From NCBI RefSeq assembly GCF_048593235.1, contig NC_133622.1, positions 204,135,198 to 204,199,197 of the forward strand: a stretch of DNA of 64,000 nt, written 5' to 3'. The notes below the pieces were generated by a model that was not told the origin of the DNA, did not search any database, and saw only the letters and a program-made list of their open reading frames with translations. The stretch comes from Sminthopsis crassicaudata. Taxonomy: Eukaryota. Every line of letters begins with the position of its first letter. The first letter of the stretch is position 1. The translations under genes and the position numbers were made by a program. Shown in pieces: positions 14,014-27,876 of the stretch.

Positions 14014-15970
14014 ATTTTTATATATCACTAACAAAATGCAACAGCAAGAGATACAAAGAGAAATTCCATTCCAAACAAATGTTGAGAGTATAAAATATTT
14101 GGGAATCCATCTACCAAAGAAAAGTCAGGAATTATATGAGAAAAATTACAAAACACTTGCCACAAAAATAAAATCAGATTTAAATAATTGGAAAGACATT
14201 CAGTGCTCTTGGATAGGCCGAGCGAATATAATAAAGATGACAATACTCCCCAAACTAATCTATTTATTTAGTGCTATACCAATCAGACTCCCAAGAAACT
14301 ATTTTAATGACCTAGAAAAAATAACAACAAAATTCATATGGAAGAATAAAAGGTCAAGAATTGCAAGGGAACTAATGAAAAAAAACTCAGAGGAAGGTGG
14401 TCTAAGTGTACCTGATCTAAAGCTATATTATATAGCAGCAGTCACCAAAACCATTTGGTATTGGCTACGAAATAGACCGGTAGATCAGTGGAACAGATTA
14501 GATACAAAGGACAAAAAAGGGTACATCTATAGCAATCTAATCTTTGACAAACCCAAAGATTCCAACATTAGGGATAAAAATTCATTATTCGGAAAAAACT
14601 GTTGGGAAAACTGGAAATTAGTATGGCAGAAATTAGATATGGATCCACACTTAACACCATATACCAAGATAAGATCAAAATGGGTCCATGATTTAGGCAT
14701 AAAGAGGGAGATAATAAATAGATTAGAGGAACAGAGGATAATCTACCTCTCAGACTTGTGGAGGAGGAAGGAATTTATGACCAGAGGAGAACTAGAGATC
14801 ATTATTGATCACAAAATAGAAGATTTTGATTACATCAAACTAAAAAGTTTCTGTACAAATAATACTAATGCAAACAAGATTAGAAGGGAAGTAACAAATT
14901 GGGAAAATATTTTTAAAAACAAAGGTTCTGACAAAGGTCTCATTTCCAAAATATATAGAGAACTGACCCAAATATATAAGAAACCGAACCATTCTCCAAT
15001 TGATAAATGGTCAAAGGATATGAACAGACAATTCTCAGAGGAAGAAATTGAAACTATATCCACTCACATGAAAGAGTGTTCCAAATCACTACTGATCAGA
15101 GAAATGCAAATTAAGACCACTCTGAGATACCACTACACACCTGTCAGATTGGCTAAGATGACAGGAACAAATAATGACAAATGTTGGAGGGGATGTGGGG
15201 AAACTGGGACACTAATACATTGCTGGTGGAGTTGTGAAAGAATCCAGCCATTCTGGAGAGCAATCTGGAATTATGCCCAAAAAGTTATCAAACTGTGCAT
15301 ACCCTTTGACCCAGCAGCGCTACTACTGGGATTATATCCCAAAGAAATACTAAAGAGCGGAAAGAGACATATATGTGCCAAAATGTTTGTGGCAGCTCTT
15401 TTTGTTGTAGCTAGAAACTGGAGGATGAATGGATGTCCATCAGTTGGAGAATGGTTGGGTAAATTGTGGTATATGAAGGTTATGGAATATTATTGCTCGG
15501 TAAGAAATGACCAGCAGGAGGAATATAGAGAGGCCTGGAGAGACTTAAATCAACTGATGCTGAGTGAAATGAGCAGAACCAGAAGATCACTGTACACTTC
15601 AACAACAATGCTGTATGAGGATGTATTCTGATGGAAGTGGAAATCATCAACATAAAGAAGATCCAACTCACTTCCAGTTGATCAATGATGGACAGAGGTA
15701 GCTGCACCCAGAGAAGAAACACTGGGAGGGGAATGAAAATTGTTAGCACTAATATCTGTCTGCCCAGGTTGCATGTACCTTCGGATTCTAATGTTTATTG
15801 TGCAACAAGAAAGTGATATTCGCACACATGTATTGTACCTAGACTATATTGTAACACATGTAAAATATATGGTATTGCCTGTCGTCGGGGGGAGGGAATA
15901 GAGGGAGGGGGGGTAAATTGGAAAAATGAATACAAGGGATAATATTATAAAATATATATATATATATATA

Positions 15971-16009
<39 letters not shown>

Positions 16010-17094
16010 AAAACAGCATTTGTGAAATGGAAAGAATCCAATGAACAAAACAACTCCTTTTAAAAGTTCAGTTAGCCAAATGCAAAAGGACATTTGAAAA
16101 AAAGCTAACTGAAGGAAAATAGCTCACTAAAAATTAAAATTGGACAAATGGAAATAAATTATTCAATTCAATTCAATTTCAAGAATCAATTAAACAAACA
16201 AACAAAAATTAAAAAAAAAATAATTAAATAAAATATCTCTTTGGAAAAACAACTGACCTGGAAAATAGATCCGAGAGACATTCTAAAAATTATTGAACTT
16301 CCTGAAAACCATGAAGATCAAAAACAAACAAACAAAAATATTCTGGATAACATCTTTCAAGAAATCATGAAGGAAAACTGCCCTCATAGCCTAGAACAAA
16401 AGAGTAAAATAGCCATTGAAAGAATCTACCAAACACCCCCTAAAAAAGACCCCAAAATAAAAATTCCTAGGAATATTGTAATTAAATTCCAGAATTATTA
16501 GATCAAAGTGAAAATACTGCAAGCAGCCACAAAAAAAATAATTCAAATACCATGGAGCCATAATCAAGATTACCTGGGAGCTATCAGCTTAGACTTTGAA
16601 GGATCAAAGGCCTGGATATGATATTTTGGAAGCAATGTAGCTTGAATTGCAGCCAAGACTCAATTACTATGCAAAACTAAGCATTATCTTTCAGGGGAAA
16701 AGATGGACATTTAATGAAATAGGGGATTTTCAATTATTTTTGTTGAAAATACCAGAGCTGAATAGAAAATATGATCTTCAAATTCAGAACTCAAGAGAAG
16801 CATCATAAATAAAAAGGAAGGGGAGAAAACTCTTTTTAAAGGTTAAGAATGTTAACATCCCTTAATGGGAAGATAATATGTGTAGCTTTTGAGAACTGTA
16901 TATTTGTCAGGGGTATACTTAGAGGGTATAGGTATAAGTGGACTTTAATGTGACAGTATTAAAAAAAATATATGGGTGAAAAAGGGATCTTATTGGAAAA
17001 AGAGGAAGGGGACATAAATGGAATAAATTATATTATGTGAATAGGAATAAAAGATTTATTACATTTGAAAAAAAAAAAAAAAAAAAAAAAAAAA
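14014..17094 (+). mobile_element. 5'-truncated young L1 (ORF2 3' part 14036-15631, 3'UTR, polyA) plus about 1.06 kb of 3' transduced DNA and a second polyA
   Basis: 531-aa ORF2 C-terminal ORF; polyA at 15973-16007 and 17068-17094; 16-bp TSD GAAAGTAGCTAGCCAG at 13998-14013 and 17095-17110. Confidence 0.92.
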
Positions 17095-17110
17095 GAAAGT
17101 AGCTAGCCAG

Positions 17111-17370
17111 TAGCTAAGTGGGTAAGAATTGAAACTAGAGTCAGGAAGACTAGAGTTCAAATGTGACCTTAGAATCACTAGCTATGTAACTCTTAGCAAG
17201 CAAGTCACTTAACCTCTGTCTGCCTGAATTTCCTCATCTGTAAAATAGGGATAATAATAATAACACTTACTTTGCAGGGATATGAGGATAAAATTTAATA
17301 GTTTCTAAAGTGCCTTGCAAAAACCTTAAATCATCATATAAATTCTAGTTGTTATTATTGTTGTTGTTGT
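17111..17370 (+). mobile_element. MIR-type SINE adjoining the L1 insertion target site
   Basis: gtcaggaagactagagttcaaat..tttcctcatctgtaaaatagggataat. Confidence 0.75.
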
Positions 17371-18205
17371 TCTAAGTATTAAGATAAATAGGCCATCACT
17401 ATTTTGTCAACACTTTAAAAAAATGATAATGGTACAAATACTGAGGGACAAACCCAAAGACACTAAACACTGGAGAATGGATAATCAGAGGTAGATTCCA
17501 GTGGTTCTTTATACAAATAAAAGCCCCGAAAGGAGCAAAGAGAAATAATACTGAGGGTAATAGTCAATAATCAATAAAGCTAGACACTAGCATTGGCCAT
17601 TGGAGAAGGGAAGGTAGATATTGGGAATAGCTGAGTATGAGAAATATAGAATCCAAGCAATCAGTAGCAAAGAAGAACAGGTTATTGGGGGGGGTTATGG
17701 AATTATTACATAGAAGAAAATTGCTAAGTGGAATAGCAATGGAGTGTTAACTGGAAGTCTAGTCTGGGACCATATTTTTTCCCAAATTTATTTTTATTTT
17801 TATTATCTTATTTTATATTTATATTATATTTATGTTATTTTATTATTTGAGGTTTCCTTGGATAAGTACTCTTAAGTGACTAGGACAGCAACAAAAATCA
17901 GGAACAGAGTGACTCAAAGACCAGGTTCAGACTTGACTAGGAAATATACAAAGTCACTAATACCAACTCTATGATGCCCATCTGGGATTTGACAGGAGCT
18001 AGAATCAGGATCAAAGTATCATAGATAACAGACTAGGGCCTGTTACCCTGGGTATAAAGAGAGTCAGGCAGGCTCATTTTGGGTTAGAAATTCTGTTTAT
18101 TGAATGTCTCCATGGCAGCAGCTACAACTGTGTGCACCCCAGAGGCTCTTGACTACAAATGTATCTCACAAAAATATGAGGAAGAAGCAAGAAGGAGAAG
18201 GCAGC

Positions 18206-18347
18206 TCAATATTTGGGATCCAGGCCTGCTGGTCTGAAGTGATTGGGATCTTTGCCACTTCGGCCCCATCTGTTGGCTTCCTGGTCTTTCATGGAATCTT
18301 CAACATTTCGGCCAAAGCTGCCTCCCTGTAAGAACTCTCGGCCATCA
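18206..18347 (-). CDS. SAA: SAA-A last coding exon; joined CDS complement(21548-21650, 20801-20939, 18206-18347), 127 aa
   Basis: Acceptor ctttcag|T, then [52 protein letters not shown] on the minus strand at 18096-18101. Confidence 0.95.
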
Positions 18348-18839
18348 CTGAAAGATAAGGAGTTTAAAGAAATAAGTGCCTCTGGATCTGTCTATTTGGT
18401 CTCCATCTCCCTCATGTCTGATGAGAAAGAGGATAACACAATAAGAGAAGATAGAAACCTGGGTGGTGGTACTGCCATGCAAGCATGCATCCCAAAGCTG
18501 GGGCTCAGGAATTAATTCTGTACTGTGCACAACTCAGCTCCTGCCAGGGAGCCTTTGCCTTCTAGAATCAGCCTAATGGGAATAAGTGGCTTAGAATCCT
18601 CCTCACATGGCTAAGGAGGGAATTGGTTTTGATTGCTTATACAAACTTGTAGTAGGTTTTTCTTGCTTTCCGAGGGGGTGAAGGAAGACAAGGTGAGTGG
18701 GAAAGAATTCAAAAATTAAAATAAAATTAAACTACTTTAAAAAAAAAAAGAAATAATTTTTACTTAGTCTGTGTTAATGGATGATAATGCTATCTAAATG
18801 AAATGATTTACTCAGTACCATAGCAAACTACAAAAAAGA

Positions 18840-20270
18840 GTTACTTTACAGAATTAGGAAAAAAATTAACAAAATTCATTTGGAGGAATGGATGATGACA
18901 AATCTCAAGGGAAGTAACAAAAAACAGTGAGAAAGATGGAGGCCTACAAGTACTAGCTCTGAAACTCTGGTACAAAAGAACAATCATCATAACTCTTTCA
19001 TACTGTTTTTTCTTAAAGAAAAGTTGATCAATAAAACAGATTAAGGACACAAAATATGAATAAGTATAGCAGCTTAGTGTTTGGGAAAGTCAAAGACCCT
19101 GATAAGTAGAGTTGGATTTCACTGTTTAACAAAAACTATTGGAAAAACTAGAAAGTAGCTAGGCAGAAATTAGATCTAGATGAACATATACACAGTGAGT
19201 TCTGAATGGATATAAAACCCAGATATAAAAGTTCAAATTATATACAAATTGAAAGAAGGGCATATGTTTCATAATCACGAAAATTATGAAAACATAATTT
19301 GTGCAAGAACAAATCAGTAGAAAAAATAATGAGTGATAAAAATAGGCTATTTCAATTATAGAGAATTGAACCATTTTTGCACAAATAAAAGGGATGAAGC
19401 TAAATTAAAAGAAAAATAGTTAACTCAGGAAAAAAGTCTGTGATAAAAGTTTGATGTCCAAGATAACTGCAATACTCACTGAGTCACATAAGAACAAGTG
19501 CCCTTGCTCAAGACTATGAATGGAAAGTTCTCAAAAGAAAAAAAGATAACAGTAGTCACATAAAAATTCCAAATCATTAATAGTAAAAGAAATATACATT
19601 AAAACAATTTTAAGACTCCATCTCATTGACATCACACTGGAAAAGATAACCAGAAAGGAAAATGATGATTCTGGGCTGGGTCATAGAAGATGGGAAGGCT
19701 AATTCTCTGTACATAGTGCTGTGAATCGGTACAGCCATTTTGGAAAACTACTTGGGTCTATATTCAATGAATGGGTATAGACAGAAAATGAATAAACCAG
19801 GAAAATCATTTATTCAATGGATACCACATTGTAAAGAGAAAGAAATTTGAATAATGAGGGCCTCATCTCCACTCAATGAACATAGAAAACTCCAGACGAT
19901 CAGTGAGGAAATGTGCTTCTCACCTGACAGAAAGCTAATGGGAAGAATAAGATATAAACTCTCAACAAAGCAAATGTTTCTATTAATTTAGCTTGACATT
20001 ATTAATTGGTTATGAAGGAAACTTTTCATAAAAATATTGTCAGAGAAGAGAGTTTGAAAGAAGACCAGCTGACTTTTATTGCACGTGAAAATGTGGAAAT
20101 ATATTTCAAAGGATTGTAGATGTATAACCTATATCAGATTGCCTGCTGTCTTGGGAAAGGGGAAATAAGACAGGGAGGAAGAAAAAATTGGAACACAAAG
20201 TCTTACAAAAATGAACATTGAAAATTATCTTTACACGTACTTTGAAAAATTAAAATACTGTTGAGAAAAA
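18840..20270 (+). mobile_element. Old degraded L1 ORF2 and 3' fragments in the last SAA-A intron
   Basis: Decayed ORF2-like A-rich sequence, e.g. ttggaaaaactagaaagtag, and an L1 3'UTR-like tail. Confidence 0.6.
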
Positions 20271-20800
20271 AGAAAGAAGAGCAGTGAGAATGAAAAGAGA
20301 AAATAGCATCAGTGAAGCATCTAAGAAAGCACAGAAGAAACAGAAGGAAGTTTGTGGGTAGACACTGACAACCAGGACAGTTTGGGGACTAACATATTGA
20401 ATAGATAATATGCTTGTGAAATTGGCAATAGCAGAGATTCACAGTGACAGATAAAGACTTCCATTTTGTTATTCTTTCTATATGGAAATGTTCTTGTGAT
20501 GGTGTCAGACAAGTTCAGAATAACTACAAATAAAAAATGCTTAAAAAGAAAAAACTAAATCTTCTCCCCAACCTGCCTCTCATTTGATGCAAGGTCAATA
20601 CTGACAGCACATGAAGCCCTGCTTTTTTCTCTGCTGCTCAGACAAGACTGATAGCTACTGCTCAGGACCCTGCTCTGGCCCCTGGGATACAGAGAAGGAG
20701 GAGCAGCCTCAGGAAGTTCATTCATGGACTTTTGGAGGCCTCTGGGAGCCCCAGACAGGCCAAATATGCTTCATTTTCAGAACCATTCAAAAATTCATAC

Positions 20801-20939
20801 CTGATCACTTCAGCTACCCAAGCCCCACCAGGTCCTCTCTGGGCAGAATCATAGTTCCCCCGAGCATGGAAGTATTTGTCTGAATTTTTATAGTTGGCTT
20901 CCCGCATGTCCTGGTAGGCTCTCCACATGTCCCCAGCAC
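20801..20939 (-). CDS. SAA: SAA-A middle coding exon (139 nt)
   Basis: [47 protein letters not shown]; acceptor ttctag|GT and donor CAG|GTATGA; canonical SAA exon length. Confidence 0.97.
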
Positions 20940-21547
20940 CTAGAAGGGCAGAGCAATGGCAGAGGCAGCCTGAATCAGAAGTAGGACTCTGACAACATGG
21001 ACCTGGCTCTAGTGGGGAGTGAGACTTCTCTTAGATGCGAGATTTTTGGAAATGGATGGCATGGGAAAGCATCTCCTCCCACCACTGGTCCCCAGTGGAA
21101 ATGACAAATCAAGATAAATCTTATAACATTTTGTTGTGCTAATAATACCTAAAATATGGAACAAAGGACTCTGAAAACATGATTTCTCCTGAAAGTGTAG
21201 TATTTTAACTCCTCTTTTATTATTGCTCCATTTCTTTCAGAGAAGATCCAGAACATCAAAATCCATCTTGAAGCATTCTTAAGCAGAAGATTCTTTCCTG
21301 TTTCATGGGCTCGCCAATGCAGCTTAAAAATCTTTCTTCCCATCAAGTGGGGGATGGGGAGACAAGTGGGGAAGGACCATTCCTACAACCCTGCCTTTGC
21401 CATTGCTCAGGTACCAGAGTCTATTTCTGGTTGCATTTGCTCCCACCTCCTCCTCTTTTTCTTTGCAGACAATTTCCCTTTTCTCATCATTCCCTGCTCA
21501 TGCAAAGCAACTCTATCAAAGGTGACACGTTCTTTAAGAGCCCTTAC

Positions 21548-21650
21548 CTAGGCGAGCCTGATCCAGGAAATCCACAGTCCTTTGAAACCAATTCTGGCTG
21601 TTGACACCCAGGACCAGGGAGAAGAGAAAGAGACTTGGGACAAGTTTCAT
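21548..21650 (-). CDS. SAA: SAA-A first coding exon (signal peptide and helix 1)
   Basis: MKLVPSLFLFSLVLGVNSQNWFQRTVDFLDQARL-G; 103 nt; donor G|GTAAGG; phase matches the next exon. Confidence 0.95.
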
Positions 21651-21914
21651 TGCTCCTGTCAGGAGCCTGTCAGGCTGGAAGTAGGAAGCAGATGGATGCT
21701 CAGGGAGACCTGCCAATGCTCATAAATCCCTTTTATTTTTGGTGGTTTTTTCATATTCCTTTCTCCACATTTGTGAAGTCCTTCCTTTTTTGAAGGAAGT
21801 GTTTACCATCTCTAAAATTATTTGGACTGACAGCAACCCCTCCATTGTAACTGGGTTCAATCAGCTTTAAGGAAAACTCCAAAGCCATGTGGAGAGGGAA
21901 CCACTCAGCTTTTG

Positions 21915-21924
21915 GGGACTTTCC
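21915..21924 (+). promoter_or_regulatory. Consensus NF-kB site in SAA-A intron 1
   Basis: Exact GGGACTTTCC, also present in the paralogous copy at 33707-33716. Confidence 0.55.
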
Positions 21925-22258
21925 TCCCAATTTTGCCATTCTCCTGCAGAGGCCAGGCAGTCAGCAGGCAGCTCTCAGGAGATGATCTGTCAATAGATTC
22001 AATTCAATTCAAAAACTATTTGACAGTGTGCTTGTTAGACGCCAGGTTCATCCTATTCCTTGGAGATTAAAAAATACACAAAAAGGAAGCAATCCCTGCT
22101 CTCAAGGTGATCAATAACCTTCTACAGGTACATGAACAGTTTTGTTTAGTCCTAAAGCCACAGAAAAGAAATAAAAGACAAAGAATCTGCCCACAAGGAC
22201 CTAGATGTGAGAAAGGCAGGAGCAAGGAGGGCAGAGCCTCAAAGAAGCATAAGCTCAC

Positions 22259-22410
22259 CTGAGATTACTTCTCCTTTCTCAGGTTGGTGGGGAGACTTAG
22301 CTCTGAGGCCTGCTGGGCATTGAACAGAGACTGATAGTTATAGAAATCTTTCACCATAGGGAGTGACTCCGTTGGCCAATTGCAACCAAGGTAAGTTGGG
22401 GAATTCCCCC
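22259..22410 (-). promoter_or_regulatory. SAA: SAA-A non-coding exon 1 and promoter
   Basis: Donor AG|GTGAGC at 22259/22258, TATA-like CTATAA at 22338-22343, palindromic kappaB site GGGGAATTCCCC at 22398-22409. Confidence 0.75.
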
Positions 22411-22781
22411 TTGAAATTTTTTCCTGGTTGGTTATAGAAATAAGTACCCAAACCAAAAATCTATCTTTTTCCCATATTGCAAAATCTTTAATTTGGATAC
22501 TTGGAGTGATTTTCCTATTTGCACAATTTCTTCCATGTTCAGTGCCATGAAAAGAAAAACACAGCAAATGAATGACACAGCACATCAAACCAGAAAATCA
22601 CAGACACGGAATGTCATGGATGCATTGCAGTCCCTATGATTTATTATATCCAACCTAGAGGATATATATTTATGTATATATATATATATATATATACATA
22701 TATATACATGCATATTTAGATAGATATATAGATAGTTAGCTATGAGTAATTTTTTTTTTTGAAATTGCTACTTTTACGGGG

Positions 22782-22940
22782 TTTTTTGTTTTGTTTTGTT
22801 GTTGTTGAAGCAATTTGGGGTTAAATGACTTGCCCAGGGTCACACAGTTAGGACGTGTTAAGTGTATGAGACCAGATTTGAACTCAGGTCTTCCTGACTT
22901 CAGGGCTGGTGCTCTATCCACTGCACCACCTAGCTGCCCC
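22782..22940 (-). mobile_element. WSINE1-type SINE, cassette 1 only
   Basis: Reverse complement of ggggcagctaggtggtgcagtggatagagc; absent at the paralogous site near 34520. Confidence 0.88.
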
Positions 22941-25900
22941 TACAGTTTTTTTTAAAGCACTTAATACAGATCTTCTTATTTGGGCTTCACAAAAACTTCA
23001 TGAGATACATTTTATTTCTATTTTCTAGATAAAGGAACTCAGGTCTGAAGTAGTGAAACCCAGAGAAAATTATAAGATTTAAATAAAGCTTAACTGCATT
23101 ACACTTTATTCATTTTCTAATTTTCATTTATGTCTGAGCCTTGGTTTCTGCTATTTCTTTTGCATGCAAAGCTTCCTCCTCTCTACCTGTCCTTCAAGAT
23201 GCAGCAGATCTGCCACTTCCTCCATGAGACCTTCTCTTATTATTCCATTCTAGGGCAGCCTCCCCATACCTAAATCTTCCTAAGTTCCTGAGGCAAACAA
23301 GAGGATTGAGTCTGTGTGTGAGGAGTCTCTCCATATGTAGTTGAAGAAAGAAATATACATTTCTGCCTTTTTTGCATTTAAACCACCTCATCCTGGTTAA
23401 CCAATTCTATGTGAGAGAAAGGAAAGAAAGATCCGCAGAAATCCAAGAAAATCTTCTAGGGTCAGCTAAGTATAGGGGTCACAAAATTATAATGTATTAT
23501 CAGTAAACATTTGCCCAAGGTTGTGTAAAAATTTCTTGGCTGAAAAGTGGTCACACGTGGAAAAAGTTTAAGAAGTCTACAGAAGTCTACTATCTTTCCT
23601 TTGATGAACATCTGCACAGCATTTACCCCACCCCAATTTTCTTCTATCTTATTTGAACTTTCAAAACCATCCCAACTCTCAGTTCTTTCAGTATTCCAGG
23701 ATGTAGTTCAACAAAGTCATGTAATTTAAATGCATCAAGAAGCCATATACTCTTTTAGTATCCCCTTATATATTAATTGGGCGCCATTTCCATAGTAACT
23801 ATGTATTTTATGGTCTTTCTGGAACAAAAACCATCATTCTCAACATAAAACACAATGAAAAATGTTTGAAATATCTTTTTTCCTCTCTGCTCTCAGTTGT
23901 CATTTCTGTTTTTCATATCTACCTCAATCCATTGTCACATTCTTTCTTTGATGTTGTTTTTCTCAGATTTTTCTCAAAAGACAGGCTTTTTTCTGGATAG
24001 ATTGGATAACATCATGGAAACACCATAGTAAAGTGAGCCCTTGTGCTACTTTAGAATCCTGCAAGATCTCCACTTGTCCTGTGTGATGAATAAATCCCTT
24101 AGATTGTCATTCCAGGTTGACCAACAACTTTTTCTAATAGTACTCATTATCTAATCTGGGACACATCTTATATTTATTGTAATATAAGATGTGAATCAGA
24201 ATAGGTAACAATCCTTGTCCCTTACATAACATTTTAAATTTAACTCATGGAGTTGGAAGTTTATTTTATTTCTTTTTTAAATTCAAGTTCAAGGTGAATA
24301 TGTAAATTTTTTAGTTAAAAAAAAAGCTCTTGGAAAGCAACAGAATTTGCTAAATAATGAATTTGCATATCTGAAAAGGCTTGTCAAAGACTCTTGGCTA
24401 ACCTTTGGCCCTGGTAGCAAAAGGTAAATAAAAGGTAATAAAAGTAAATAATTACTTCCAGTAAGACATGAAACTAAAGGTTTATTGTGGCACTATTCCA
24501 GCTCTTGCCAAGGCTGGAGTTAGAGTATATGGACCCTGGTGGTGATTAGAGAAAGCTCTGACAATTCCATTTCATTAGAAGGTAAAAGTCCAAGAAGAGT
24601 CAGCAGATCTCAATAATGGGAACCAAAGAAAGAGAACATGGTGAATAAAAGACTGAAATCTGGGGACTTCATCCCTTGATATATCATTGTCAGAGGGAAA
24701 ATGCAAATTACAGACCAATATTATTGATAATAATAACAATGTTGATGCACTGTCAGAACAAATAACCTATTCAAAAATTACCCATTAAGGTTAATAATGC
24801 TTATACTCATAGAATAATATCAGTTTAATATTTAGTGAGAAAGTAATACAAATTGTACCAATCAGAAATATCAATCATGAGTTTTTTTTTTTCTGTTTGC
24901 TTCCCTTGACCTGCAATAAACCTATTACTTTCCTGAGCCTGGTGAATCAGACCTTTGAAATAGATACTGGCAACAGAAATCTAGCTGTCTCAAATAATGA
25001 AGTTTACAGCTTATGTCCATCGAGGCAATAAACCAGAGAAGTGAAAATGTGTCCTCCCTGAATGTAGCCGGTACTGGCAAAAACAAAAACAAAAGCCTTT
25101 TCTTTAAAACATAGCATTTGGTTGTGGGTTTTAGAAAATAAAATGATGTAGACATGTAAAGAGAGTTAGCCAATATGATCAAACCGATCTTTTTGAAACT
25201 GATGGTTAATTTTCTAAATATGAAGTTAGAGTGGAAGAGCGCTTGTCACCATTGAAATGCAAGTTTCAGGGGAACAATCCTGTGAGTTGTGTGTAAGTCA
25301 GGCAGAAAGAAGGGAGAGTGATCTAGATGGACCCCAAAGTGCCAGGATTGGAGTGAGATTAAAGGCAGTGGCCAGATCATAGACTGGAAAGTGATAAAGG
25401 AATCCAGAGAGCATGGGAAGCTTTTTGAAGCTTTTCCACAAGTGGGAGAAATAAGAGGCAGCATTAGGGAATAAGGCCTTTGTTAAGAGGTATGGCCAAG
25501 CTCAGGAGCCAGAGATGGCCTTCCTTCCTTCCAGCGCTGTCTGAACTGACTGCACCATTTTCCAATACATGCTCCAAATTAGAGCTGACACATACCTCTT
25601 CCTTTCCCAGTCCCACTACACCAGAGTTTCTATTGGCCACATCCCCTTTGGGAACTCAATGGGGCTACTGGGCCCTGGAGCCCATTATGAATTTGGTGCT
25701 GTTGATAACCACAACCACTCTCATGACCAGGAGGAATCACAGAAAGCCATATGGAAGGCAGGGCATTCTATCTGGGTCTCCAAGGATGTTCTAGACAGGG
25801 AGGAAGGAATAGTCAGAGATAGAAAAGGGAAGGTCCAGGGACTGGAATATGCTCATTGCATTTAGAGGGATGGTGGACACATGCTGTGGATTGGGGAGCC

Positions 25901-26299
25901 CATCCAGATGGCCTAAAGAATGGGAAATCAAGTTGTGGATGTGCATGTTTACTTGTGATAAAAGACTATGGAGGCTGAATCCTTATCAAAAATGATCCAC
26001 AACCAGAGATTTAGTAGCTACTGGAATTCTTCTTCCTCAGGAAGATGAAGAACTAGACAAAGCCTCCCTCCCTCCCCCCAAGAGATTAAAAAGTGTACTG
26101 CAATCACTGCAATTAAGTATCAGAAATGGAAGGTGGAATAGTACAATCTAATATTTCATTAATATTAATATATGAAAAATATTGATATTTTCATATTTTT
26201 ATTTGGTATTGATAAAATGCAAGTTTCAATAAAATTGGGAAACCTGAAATTTGAAGAAAATATGCACTTTTTTTAAGAGTCAGGAAATCAAAGATTTTG

Positions 26300-26489
26300 G
26301 TTGTGCAATCTGGAAAGATGCCAGTGTGGGAATCTCCAAAATTACAGTGCTCTGTTTTTGAAGCTTGCTTCCTATTGGTTCCTTTGAATAATAGACTGAG
26401 ATAAATAACAGCCCTCTCTTGCACTAAAAAGCTGCAGTCTCCCCTCAGTTTTCCCACAGATCAGGAAGGAACAGAGAGAGAATACACAG
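26300..26489 (+). promoter_or_regulatory. SAA: SAA-B acute-phase-type promoter and non-coding exon 1
   Basis: C/EBP TTGTGCAAT 26301-26309, CTGGAA 26310-26315, kappaB GGGAATCTCC 26328-26337, GATAAATAACAGCC at about 26400 (similar to the human SAA TATA region as recalled), donor CAG|GTGAGT at 26489. Confidence 0.8.
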
Positions 26490-26969
26490 GTGAGTTCAAA
26501 TCTCAATGAGGAGTTTTCCTCTTCTATTCTAAATAGGTCCTTTTTTTTTTTTTTTTTTTTTTTGCAACTCAATTTAAAGATTCTCATGAGCAGGAGCCAT
26601 GTTTCATGATTCCTTAGCATTAGCAACAAAAAAGGCTCTCAATAAATGGCTCAGTGAGCCTCTGTTGGAGAGCACGAAATGGGGAACAAAGTCTAGTATC
26701 TTTAGCAATGACCCCAATAAACTAAGGGAAATTCGTCTCTCTCAGAGTTGGCTCATGGTGAGTGGTAAAAATGGGTGATGAGTGAGAAAAAAATTTTCCA
26801 TAAGGTGCTTTTAGATTTTTCAAATGCCAAATAATTGTAATTTAAATGAAAACAAAAGAAAATGAGAAAGTAGGCTCCTTGATCTTAAAATATTTGTCAC
26901 AGAGGAAGCAATGGGGTTTGCTGTCTCTCCCTGATCATCTCCTTCCTAAACTACAGCCCATCTGACCAG

Positions 26970-27072
26970 ATGAAGCTCATCACAGTCATCCTCCTCTTCT
27001 CTGTGGTCCTCTGTGTTCAGAGCCAAAATTGGCTTGTAGATTCTGCAAGATTTATGAAGGAGGCTGGTCAAG
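26970..27072 (+). CDS. SAA: SAA-B first coding exon; joined CDS 26970-27072, 28092-28230, 28379-28511, 124 aa, SAA3-like
   Basis: MKLITVILLFSVVLCVQSQNWLVDSARFMKEAGQ-G; donor G|GTAAGC. Confidence 0.95.
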
Positions 27073-27876
27073 GTAAGCACTGTCTGTAAAAAGATGAACG
27101 AGCCTTAATATTTATCAAGGTGCAAGGGAAATCCAGAGGAGTCGAGTTCATATTTTGCTTCTGAAACCACTGGCTCTGTGATCCTGGGCAAAGCACCTCA
27201 CCTTTGAGTGCCCAGACACCTCTCCAAGATGAAGGTCTAGAGCAGGTGCCAGTCCTTGTGAAGGAGAATTTCCCACCACAAGTTCCCCACTGGGAACAAA
27301 GCTGGACAATCCAAGCCAGAACTTTAGAGCTTCAGGGCTTGGTAGTATCAATATCTGAGTTTATCAGGTGGGCTCTGCTGCCCAGCTTAAGAAAGAGGAC
27401 CACCAGGATGGGCTAGTGTCCTACACAAAAGCAGGCCTCTTCTCTGAAAAAGACAAAGGTCAGGAAGGGAGAGAAGATGCCATGAAATACAGAACCTTGT
27501 ACCAGGGCAATGGTAGGGTTTGGGCAAATGGGGCCGAATGTAAATGCAAAGAGTCTAGTTCCGAACATCATCAGCCATACAGGTTATGATGAAGAGACCG
27601 ATCAAGCTACAGATGGATCCTAGTCAATATTTTTTGTTGTTTTTAATTAAGCTTTTAATTTTTAAGCTATACACATGGATAATTTTCAACCGGATCAATA
27701 TTTAAACTGGGGCAAAAATGACAAATTTTGAATTATATTTTCAGATTCAGTGTTAGAAATGGTAAGTTTTATTTTTTTAATAATGTAGGTAATCTGCTAT
27801 TTCAACATATTATTTCCATGAATACCATCAAACTAGGGAGAGGCAGCCAGGAACTAAGGAGAGCCCAGGAAGATCA

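Noticed and set aside
24925-25865. Conserved ORF pairs shared with 38903-39843
   Set aside because: The near identity reflects duplication or conversion of intergenic DNA, not coding constraint.
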